Shown: positions 44,873 through 54,400 of the stretch, piece by piece
Numbering within the stretch: position 1 is the first letter of the stretch
Layout: every line of letters starts with the position of its first letter
Assembly (NCBI GenBank): GCA_963823665.1
Contig: CAWGMQ010000010.1
Coordinates: forward strand, 128,001-192,000
Direction of reading: 5' to 3'
DNA length: 64,000 nt
From: an uncultured Planctomycetota bacterium
GTDB lineage: Bacteria > Planctomycetota > Planctomycetia > Isosphaerales > Isosphaeraceae
Program-made: the position numbers and the translations under genes
The notes under the pieces: model-generated
Database searches by the model: none
Seen by the model: only the letters and a program-made list of their open reading frames with translations
Told to the model about the DNA's origin: nothing

Positions 44873-46511
44873 GCAATCCGAAGCCCCGCGTACCGTCACC
44901 GATTTCGCGGCAGAATTCCTCGCCGACAATGCGGTGGCCATGATCGTCAAGCAGCACCTTTCGCCGGACGACATCGAGAATCCAGTGATCTTTCCACCGA
45001 CGTACTTGAGATCCAGAAACAAGGGACAGGCTGAAAAGGAGCCTGATGGAGAAGACAAGAAGGATAGGAAGAAGGATCAACAGCCGCAGTCTGTCTACAA
45101 CCTCAGCGACCTCGGCGACAGCCGAAATGTCGTCGATATCGACAGTCCACAGTCGGACGGGAACCGAAGCGAGCCACTCTTCAGATCCGAAGCGCTCAAA
45201 CACCTCGTGCCCCAAATTGTCATCGACGTCAATGGCACCCCGGTCAACATTCTTGATGCGGGCCACCGCGCGGGAGATGCCGTGGTTCGACTGTCGAGCC
45301 TCGCCGCTGAATTTCACACAGCATTCGAGCGTGCTGGTCTTGGCGACCACTCAGTGCTTGCCTCGCTCGCACCGACTTCGCTGCTCTACGGGGTTTGGGA
45401 TTCCCGATCAACTCAGACGAAGCTCCAACGCATCATCAAGGCGAGCGTACGCGCTGAGAATGTTCGAGAACTGACGCGGTCTGCAACATTCATCCCGGCA
45501 GCCGACTATGTTGCGGTCGGCGCTGTGAAGGAAGAATTGAACGCCGGCGACGGAGACAGCAATCCCTTGTCGTCGGAGGGAATGCTGCATGCACTCGCCA
45601 GTCAAACGCTCGGTGGCGTGCGCCTCACGAACCCAAAACTGCTCGTTCGATCAATAAAGATTAATCTCGTTGCGTTGCGACAGCTCAATGCGATCGTCGA
45701 ACCAGGCAAGCCGCCTGCTCCCCCCGCACTAAACAACGCAACCGAAGAGCAAAAGTTGACGTACACGAAGCAGATCGAGGAGTTTGAGGCTGCCAAGAAG
45801 AAGGCGGCTCTCGACTCACAACTTCGTACCGACGCGCTGCGCAAGTACATCCTCGGTCTGGCGCTGACTGTCGCAACGTCTGATCCAGACCTGAACCTTC
45901 GCGAAGGCTGTAATCTCCGCATTGTTGATGATCAGTTCCTTCTCATTCGGCATCGGAAAAATGATGAATCCATTGAATTCGACACGAACTTGGTGAAGAC
46001 GTTCGCCGACGACGGGGCTAAGGCGTTCTTTAAAGCAATGAAGATCGAGTTCGACAGGAAAGATCACCTTGACGCGAGGTTCGAGAAGGACGTCGCGGAG
46101 GAATTTCTCGGCTTAACGGACTCGAAAGGAAAGCTCAGCGGTGGAGAACGAGACAAGGCTCGCAAGATCGGGCCGATCACACGCGCAACAATGGATGAAT
46201 ACTCGCGACAACGGAGGAAGCGGGAGAACGCGGGTGATCCGATGGTCAAACTCCGCACGTTGATCGAGAAGGTGAAGCCGGTTTCCGGAGGAAGGAAGCT
46301 AAGTGCAGACGCGGAGAGACTCCGCGTCCACCTAACGGACAATGCGCCTGACACAGAAGATCTTAAAGACATACATGAACGGATACTCGGTATTCTCGAT
46401 TGCAACGATCCGCCCGAAGCAAAGGTCACGGCATTGAAGTCGGTCGTGTCGCCAGCGGAAAATCAGCCCGCTCATGCGCCAAACCCGGCAACTTCTGGGG
46501 TTAGCCAATGA
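44865..46511 (+). CDS. cas7: Type I-G Cas7 (Csb1) with a C-terminal extension, 548 aa
   Basis: IFPPTY, IDSPQSDGNRSE, GHRAGDA, APTSLLYGVWDSR and LREGCNL motifs. AAGGAG RBS. Confidence 0.9.
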   Translation: MSEQSEAPRTVTDFAAEFLADNAVAMIVKQHLSPDDIENPVIFPPTYLRSRNKGQAEKEPDGEDKKDRKKDQQPQSVYNLSDLGDSRNVVDIDSPQSDGNRSEPLFRSEALKHLVPQIVIDVNGTPVNILDAGHRAGDAVVRLSSLAAEFHTAFERAGLGDHSVLASLAPTSLLYGVWDSRSTQTKLQRIIKASVRAENVRELTRSATFIPAADYVAVGAVKEELNAGDGDSNPLSSEGMLHALASQTLGGVRLTNPKLLVRSIKINLVALRQLNAIVEPGKPPAPPALNNATEEQKLTYTKQIEEFEAAKKKAALDSQLRTDALRKYILGLALTVATSDPDLNLREGCNLRIVDDQFLLIRHRKNDESIEFDTNLVKTFADDGAKAFFKAMKIEFDRKDHLDARFEKDVAEEFLGLTDSKGKLSGGERDKARKIGPITRATMDEYSRQRRKRENAGDPMVKLRTLIEKVKPVSGGRKLSADAERLRVHLTDNAPDTEDLKDIHERILGILDCNDPPEAKVTALKSVVSPAENQPAHAPNPATSGVSQ

Positions 46512-48084
46512 CGTATCTACTCCTCACTGTCCGTTTCCTCGACGACCGTTACCATGGTCTTCTCGATCGCGGCGGGCCGCCGGAGTGGCCGCCTTCGCCA
46601 TTTCGATTGTTTCAGGCGTTGGTTGCCGGCGTGGCACGGCGGGGGGAACTTGTCTTTGGCGAAGATGTCCCGTCGAACGCGAGATTCACGCCCATCGGGC
46701 GAGCGCTCGTTTGGTTGCAGCGGCACACGCTGGAGCATCCCCCTATCATCATCGCGCCGAAATCAAAGCCCGGCCGGGCAATCACACGTTTCGTGCCCAA
46801 CAACGACGGCGACACGATTTTCGATCGGCAAGAACGACTGACCGCGAAGCCGACGTTTCCAACATTCTTCATCCTCGAAAGAGAACCAGACGCCGGAAGT
46901 GCATTTCGTCTGGGACATCGAAGGCAAGAGCGGTTGTCCAGTGGCGGGCATCGAGCGGGCCGCTCGCTCGCTGACGACACTCGGCTGGGGCATTGACATG
47001 GCTTTCGCCGACGCGCGCCCGGCGACCGAAGAACAGCTTCAACAACTTAAAGGCGTTCGCTGGTATCCCAAGAAGGCTGCCAGCCGGGGCGAAGGAATGC
47101 TGCGAACGCCGACCTACGACGAGAAGACGGGAGAATGCACCCTTTCCAATTTACGGCACTGCCACGAGAACCTTCATGAACCGAATCGAACATGGGCAGC
47201 CGCTCAGGACGGTGGATAAACCGAAGACCTTCGACCGAGTTCTGTACGCCAGCGTCGAACGGCCGCTCGGCAAGCCGCGATGCGTATTCAAACTCATCGA
47301 CCAAGACGACGACGCCTACCCCTACGCACACGCGAAACTGATCCACGTGGCGGGCATGCTGCGCCACGCGGCGATCAAACTAATGACTCGCAACCTACCG
47401 GCGCTCGTACTTGATCCGGATTGGGTAAATCGCGTCGTCCGAGGGAAGCGGGACGAGTCGACCGCAGCCGAGCACAAGCAGTTCTCTTATGTTCCCCTTC
47501 CCACGATCGGCCATCCGCACGCCGATGCGATGATCCGCAACGTCATGATCGTAGCGCCGCTCGGGATCGAGCGCGAGTTGAACTACCTGGCCGACCAACT
47601 CAACGGCCAGGCCCTCGAGCCCGAAGGCGAAGATGAACCGCGCAAGAGGGACTCGGCTCCGGCTGTGTCACGCCGCATCGAGCTCCAAAAGTTCACGCCG
47701 CCGCCCGGAAAGTTCATCGACAAGTGCTACCTCGGCACGTCCCGCGTCTGGCAGACCGTCACCCCAGCCATCCTGGACGGACACAACGATAAGAAAGCCG
47801 AAAAGACGATCAAACTCATCCAGGCGGCGCTTCAACGGTCCGGTATCGAAACCCCGTGCACCTTCACTTGGCAATCGACGCCATTCCTCAAGAATTGCCT
47901 CAGCGCCCACAAGTACGATCGAGACGGCCGGCACACCGGCTACCACAGACCGGCGCATCTCCGCGACCAGACCGCCGTCCACGTGCGTCTGACATTCGAC
48001 CACCCCGTTCCCGGCCCTCTGACCATCGGCGCCGGTCGACATTGCGGCTTTGGACTTTTCTCCGCGATTCAAGACAACCAGTAG
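46508..48084 (+). CDS. csb2: Type I-G Csb2 (Cas5/Cas6 fusion), two apparent frameshifts (~46900, ~47170)
   Basis: PEWPPSPFRLFQALVA, LGWGIDM, WQTVTP and GPLTIGAGRHCGFGLF Gly-rich loop. Confidence 0.88.
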
Positions 48085-48178
48085 CGTCCATCGCGCTCAA
48101 TCGCCCGCGAAATCACCCCCATGCCCACCACCCGCCTCGGCACCCGCGACCTCCTCGCAACTGACAACTAACAACTGA

Positions 48179-48475
<297 letters not shown>

Positions 48476-48484
48476 CCACGACCC

Positions 48485-48750
48485 GTAGCAGGCACACTCC
48501 GTGTGCCTTCCGCCCCCTGATCGTCCTCTCACTGACCCGAGTAGCAGGCACACTCCGTGTGCCGTCCGCCCCCTGATCGTCGTTCCGAGCAGCAGGCACA
48601 CTCCGTGTGCCGTCCGCATCCCGCATCGTCGTCCCGAGTAGCAGGCACACTCCGTGTGCCGTCCGCATCCCGCATCGTCGTCTGACTGACCTGAGTAGCA
48701 GGCACACTCCGTGTGCCGTCCGCGTCCTGCATCGTCGTCTGACTCACCCG
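48485..48750 (+). repeat. Tandem of five GTAG-type REP palindromes
   Basis: GTAGCAGGCACACTCCGTGTGCC at 48485, 48541, 48589 (GCAG variant), 48638 and 48695. Confidence 0.92.
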
Positions 48751-48763
48751 AGAGGACCCAACA

Positions 48764-51079
48764 ATGTCGCAACTTCCAATCATCCCCGAACCAGGCACGA
48801 ATGCCGCCCCCGTGCCCGACCCTCTCCCCGATTACCTCCCAGCCCGCATGCTCAACGAATTCGTCTACTGCCCGCGCCTGTTCTACTACGAGTGGGTCGA
48901 AGGCCTTTTCGCCCACAACCGCGAGACCGTCGAGGGCGCGCTCCGCCACGCCAAGCTCGACAGCCAGCAAGACGCGCTCACACCGGCCGATGAGCTGGCC
49001 CCCGAAGATCGCGCCCACTCCCGCTCGGTAATGCTCTCCAGCGACACACACAAGCTCATCGCAAAAATCGACCTCGTCGAGGCCGAAGGCTCAACAGTCA
49101 CCGCCGTTGACTACAAGCGCGGCGCCCCCCGCCAGCGCACCAACTCCGGCGACCTCGAAGCCTGGCCCGCCGACCGCGTCCAGGTGGCCGTCCAGGCGCT
49201 CGTCCTCCGCGACAACGGCTACTCATGTCAGGAGGCCGTGGTCTACTACGTCAAAACCAAGCAGCGCGTCCGCGTCGCCATCGACGACGCCCTGATCGCA
49301 GAGACGCTCGCCGCCGTCGCCGACGCGCGTGCCGCCGCCCTCGGCGAGATCCCAACACCGCTCGTCGACAGCCCCAAGTGCCCCCGCTGCTCATTGGTCG
49401 GCATCTGCCTCCCCGACGAAACCCGCTTCGTCCAGGCCGTCGACGAAACCACGGCTGCCTCCGGACCCGAAGCTTCCCCCATTGTCGCCCTTCGCTCCGC
49501 GAAGGGACCTCTGCCGTCCACACACCAACCCGAAGCGTCAGCGAGGACTCTCATTGAATCCGGCTCCGCCAGTGTCCGATCTCACATTTCCACCACACCA
49601 GAAACCGCCGAATCCGACCCACCCGCCCCCCGCCGCTTGGTCGCCGCACGCGACGACCTGCGCCCACTCTATCTCAACGCGCAGGGTCTCACGGTCGGCA
49701 AGTCCGGCAACCTCTTGAAGGTCAAGGAAGGCGATTCGGTTGTCCAGGAAGTTCGCATCGGCGAGACCTGCCAGGTCAACGTCTTCGGCAGCATCCAGCT
49801 CACCACGCAGGCGATCCAGACCCTCTGTCAAAACGAAGTGCCCATCGCCTACTTTTCCCAGGGAGGGTGGTTCTACGGCATGACCCAAGGGCTCGGTGTG
49901 CGCAACATCTCGCTCCGACGCGAGCAGTTCCGGCTCGCCGACGATCCGGAGTTCTGCCTCGGCATCGCCCGCAGACTTGTTGCCGGCAAGATCCGCAACC
50001 AGCGCACGATGCTCCAGCGCAACCATGTTCAGCCGCCCGCCGTGGCGATCGCTCAACTCAAGTGCCTGTGCGACGACGCGGAAAACGCCGAGTCGAGCGC
50101 CACACTCCTCGGCATCGAAGGCAACGCCGCTCGCATCTATTTCGAGAACTTCTCAGGCATGATCAAGGCCGGCAACGCGCGCACGCCCAATGAGGACCTG
50201 GCCGAGCAGCTCTTCGCACTGGTCTTCGGAGAGTCGGCGACCGACAATCCCATCCCAGAAGACGATCAGGGCAGCAGCACGAAGCCGGTTGCAAGCGGAA
50301 TTCGCGACGATGTAGCAGGCACACTCCGTGTGCCGCCCGCGCCGAGCAGCAGCACGAAGCCCGATGCAAGCGGAATTCGCGGCGATGTAGCAGGCACACT
50401 CCGTGTGCCGCCCGCGCCGAGCAGCAGCACGAAGCCCGATGCGACCGGAACCGGACACCAGAGTGGCCTTTCGCTCCGCGAAACTGCGTCCCGTACCACT
50501 TCGAAGCCCAAAGCAGCCGCAATGGGAGGGCAAGGCCCCGACCAAGCCACCGCTCGAGACGCTACCGCCGTGACGAAGACCGGTGCAGGCGCCAGGGAGC
50601 CCGAGCTCAACTTCGACTTCACCCACCGCAACCGCAGGCCGCCGCGCGATCCGGTCAACGCTCTACTTTCGCTGGCCTACAGTGTGCTGGCGAAGGACCT
50701 GACAATCGTGTGTCACGCGGTCGGCTTCGACCCTTTCATCGGAATGTTTCACCAGCCGCGCTTCGGCCGCGCTCCGTTGCCGCTCGATCTGATGGAGCCT
50801 TTTCGCCCGCTGATCGCGGATTCGGCGGTCCTCTCGGCGATCAATACGCGCATGGTGACGCCCAAGGACTTCATCCGGGCCGGCCAGTCCGTGGCGCTGC
50901 GGCCGGACGGCCGCAAGGCTTTCTTCCGCGCGTATGAGCAGCGGATGGATACGCTTGTGACGCACCCACTCTTCGGCTACCGTTTGAACTACCGGCGCAT
51001 GCTGGAGATCCAGACACGTCTTCTGGCTCGAACGGTGACAGGCGAGATCAACACGTATCCGGTCTTCGTCACTCGCTGA
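48764..51079 (+). CDS. cas1: Cas4-Cas1 fusion with two low-complexity insertions
   Basis: Cas4: CPR, IDLVE, DYKRG, CPRCSLVGIC. Cas1: GKIRNQR, LGIEGNAA, RNRRPPRDPVNALLS, FH, DLME. Confidence 0.95.
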   Translation: MSQLPIIPEPGTNAAPVPDPLPDYLPARMLNEFVYCPRLFYYEWVEGLFAHNRETVEGALRHAKLDSQQDALTPADELAPEDRAHSRSVMLSSDTHKLIAKIDLVEAEGSTVTAVDYKRGAPRQRTNSGDLEAWPADRVQVAVQALVLRDNGYSCQEAVVYYVKTKQRVRVAIDDALIAETLAAVADARAAALGEIPTPLVDSPKCPRCSLVGICLPDETRFVQAVDETTAASGPEASPIVALRSAKGPLPSTHQPEASARTLIESGSASVRSHISTTPETAESDPPAPRRLVAARDDLRPLYLNAQGLTVGKSGNLLKVKEGDSVVQEVRIGETCQVNVFGSIQLTTQAIQTLCQNEVPIAYFSQGGWFYGMTQGLGVRNISLRREQFRLADDPEFCLGIARRLVAGKIRNQRTMLQRNHVQPPAVAIAQLKCLCDDAENAESSATLLGIEGNAARIYFENFSGMIKAGNARTPNEDLAEQLFALVFGESATDNPIPEDDQGSSTKPVASGIRDDVAGTLRVPPAPSSSTKPDASGIRGDVAGTLRVPPAPSSSTKPDATGTGHQSGLSLRETASRTTSKPKAAAMGGQGPDQATARDATAVTKTGAGAREPELNFDFTHRNRRPPRDPVNALLSLAYSVLAKDLTIVCHAVGFDPFIGMFHQPRFGRAPLPLDLMEPFRPLIADSAVLSAINTRMVTPKDFIRAGQSVALRPDGRKAFFRAYEQRMDTLVTHPLFGYRLNYRRMLEIQTRLLARTVTGEINTYPVFVTR
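50271..50442 (+). repeat. 75-bp in-frame tandem containing GTAG REPs inside cas1
   Basis: GCAGCAGCACGAAGCC at 50271, 50346 and 50421. REPs at 50312 and 50387. Confidence 0.92.
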
Positions 51080-51085
51080 TCTGAT

Positions 51086-51190
51086 CTGATCCGCTCCGGC
51101 TCAAAACGGGAACCCGCCAGCCATCGTCGCCCTTCGCTCCGAAGGGATTTCTTCCGCTGATCCGCTCCAGCTCAAAACGGAGCCCGCCAG
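51086..51190. repeat. Degenerate GTCGCCCTTCGCTCC(GC)GAAGGG palindrome between ~35-bp direct repeats
   Basis: CTGATCCGCTCC.GCTCAAAACGG..CCCGCCAG at 51086 and 51157. Confidence 0.85.
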
Positions 51191-51229
51191 TGTGGCCCAT
51201 TCGAACCTCGGTGCGGAATCCTCAGCACG

Positions 51230-51425
51230 CCAGTTTTTGTCCCAGCCGTCGCGAGCGGCGAGGTGGCGCAAAAAACCCGGGGTCTGCTCGCACGTTGTAA
51301 ACCCGTCAGCGACAGGATCTAATGAATGCCTGCCCCAGCCGAACCGCTCCCAGCACCACCGTTTCGCAGCGTCGCTCGCAAACGCAAACCTAGCTCATTG
51401 GAAATTCGCAAGTTACAATCCCGCT
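51230..51425 (+). promoter_or_regulatory. CRISPR leader
   Basis: Non-coding stretch between cas1 and the first repeat, with GCGAGC/GCTCGCA motifs and TACAAT at 51414-51419. Confidence 0.7.
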
Positions 51426-54400
51426 CTTTCCGCGCTCAACCGAGCGCGGCTCCATTGAAGCGAGACGCCGAAGAACGAGAACATCGAGGGCGGACGACTT
51501 TCCGCGCTCAACCGAGCGCGGCTCCATTGAAGCGGTATCGACCCCCGCGCGGCCCAGCTTAATTCCTAACTTTCCGCGCTCAACCGAGCGCGGCTCCATT
51601 GAAGCCATCTAAAAGATTTCGCGGACCGCTTGCATGCAGCGTCTTTCCGCGCTCAACCGAGCGCGGCTCCATTGAAGCCGGCGAGATCGCAGGCGCTCGA
51701 GCTCTCGCTCGAGCCTTTCCGCGCTCAACCGAGCGCGGCTCCATTGAAGCCAGTCCATCGTTCGCGCCGCCGTGAAGCGCGAACTCCTTTCCGCGCTCAA
51801 CCGAGCGCGGCTCCATTGAAGCGACCCACGCGATTTCGATCCCGTCTTTCTGGTGCGCCTTTCCGCGCTCAACCGAGCGCGGCTCCATTGAAGCTCAAAG
51901 GCTTCGTTCCACTCCAGCTCCCCGGCCTGTTCTTTCCGCGCTCAACCGAGCGCGGCTCCATTGAAGCCCGAGTCTCTCCGAGCTGTGGGGGTGGTCGGAG
52001 TTGCAGCTTTCCGCGCTCAACCGAGCGCGGCTCCATTGAAGCCTGGCCGCTTCAGCCAGCAAATCATCGCAAGGGCCCCTTTCCGCGCTCAACCGAGCGC
52101 GGCTCCATTGAAGCCGATCGCCCGGACACGCTGCACTATTGCGACCCGCCCTTTCCGCGCTCAACCGAGCGCGGCTCCATTGAAGCGGGTCTGCGAGCTG
52201 CTCGCGGGTGAGACCCTTGCCGCCGGCTTTCCGCGCTCGAACCGAGCGCGGCTCCATTGAAGCGGGGCTGAGTTTCATCGCACTCCCCGGGGTCGTGAAG
52301 TCTTTCCGCGCTCAACCGAGCGCGGCTCCATTGAAGCTGGCTCGGGTCGCAACGGCAAGAACACGGTCCTTGACTTTCCGCGCTCAACCGAGCGCGGCTC
52401 CATTGAAGCGCACCGCGCCCAACGCGCCGGCCAGCCCCCGGGTGCCCTTTCCGCGCTCAACCGAGCGCGGCTCCATTGAAGCCGATGTAACCGCCCTGGT
52501 TGCCGATCGAGGTGTCGGACTTTCCGCGCTCAACCGAGCGCGGCTCCATTGAAGCATAAAGGGTTTCCGCGAAGGCGTCGGCGCTTTCACGGAGCTTTCC
52601 GCGCTCAACCGAGCGCGGCTCCATTGAAGCGTCTGCCGGTTCATTCCGCGCGAGCCCGCGAGACATCCTTTCCGCGCTCAACCGAGCGCGGCTCCATTGA
52701 AGCCTGGCCCACGGCCTGATTGCGATGCCATTCGATTTCTTTCCGCGCTCAACCGAGCGCGGCTCCATTGAAGCGTGGCATGTGGCGAGCCTGGCAGCGG
52801 AGAGATCGAGACTTTCCGCGCTCAACCGAGCGCGGCTCCATTGAAGCTTGATTACCTTATCGGCGTGGTCGGCTGGCCACATCCTTTCCGCGCTCAACCG
52901 AGCGCGGCTCCATTGAAGCGGCTCCGCTCTGGCCGGCCTGGGCCGGGGTTCGCCTGCTTTCCGCGCTCAACCGAGCGCGGCTCCATTGAAGCAGGGCGGC
53001 TCACGCTGGCCCAGCTCAATTTCCTCCTCCTTTCCGCGCTCAACCGAGCGCGGCTCCATTGAAGCAAGATCAAGCCCCGCATTGACTCCGCGGAAAAGAT
53101 GCCTTTCCGCGCTCAACCGAGCGCGGCTCCATTGAAGCATGCAGCGCTAGAGGCACTGGCCACACACCCGCACATCCTTTCCGCGCTCAACCGAGCGCGG
53201 CTCCATTGAAGCGACATGTTGTTGCTTGGCCTCCGCCTGGGCGAGACGAACTTTCCGCGCTCAACCGAGCGCGGCTCCATTGAAGCCTCGCGACTCAGCA
53301 GCTTCCGAACAACTTCACCAAGGCTTTCCGCGCTCAACCGAGCGCGGCTCCATTGAAGCCTTGTGCCACTTCTCGGACGCTGTTGCTTCCAAGTCCTTTC
53401 CGCGCTCAACCGAGCGCGGCTCCATTGAAGCTTTGACCTCCGCCTGGCCTCGGCCGCGACGCTCACCCCTTTCCGCGCTCAACCGAGCGCGGCTCCATTG
53501 AAGCGAACAGCTCGTCGCGCGTCTTGGGCAGCCCTAAAAGCCTTTCCGCGCTCAACCGAGCGCGGCTCCATTGAAGCCTCGAGTCTCATAAACACTTGGT
53601 TCGCTATCGATGGGCTTTCCGCGCTCAACCGAGCGCGGCTCCATTGAAGCTCCGAGTAGCCGTAGCAAGCCGTAGCGTGCCCGCCAGCTTTCCGCGCTCA
53701 ACCGAGCGCGGCTCCATTGAAGCATGAGGCTGTAACGATGCTTGCCGTTCCGCGTGTTGACTTTCCGCGCTCAACCGAGCGCGGCTCCATTGAAGCTGGA
53801 AAGAGACTCCGCGGAGATTGGCCCCGCTGAAATCCTTTCCGCGCTCAACCGAGCGCGGCTCCATTGAAGCTGATCAGGTGATATTCACGCCGCACACGAT
53901 CGGTGCTTCTTTCCGCGCTCAACCGAGCGCGGCTCCATTGAAGCCCCCTTTAACGGGAGCGGGGCGTAGATCCCCTGCCATTCTTTCCGCGCTCAACCGA
54001 GCGCGGCTCCATTGAAGCGCCACTGATCAGCACGGGACCGTCTACCAGGCCATGCCTTTCCGCGCTCAACCGAGCGCGGCTCCATTGAAGCCTTGATTCG
54101 CTCAGCGGATTCGTGGGCAACGAGTCCCTTTCCGCGCTCAACCGAGCGCGGCTCCATTGAAGCACCATCGGATGGGCGGGGAAGCCATACCGCAGATCGA
54201 CTTTCCGCGCTCAACCGAGCGCGGCTCCATTGAAGCCGGCCCACTCTCGCGCGTATCTCTGGAGATCCGCTTCTTTCCGCGCTCAACCGAGCGCGGCTCC
54301 ATTGAAGCTTGGCGTATGTGCTGTCCGTGGTTCTGGCCGTGGTCGACTTTCCGCGCTCAACCGAGCGCGGCTCCATTGAAGCTCCTGATCAGCGCACAGG

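Noticed and set aside
48485..48750. Second mini CRISPR array or a CreTA-like RNA
   Set aside because: The linkers resemble each other, the palindrome has no similarity to the array repeat, and it recurs elsewhere as a dispersed REP.
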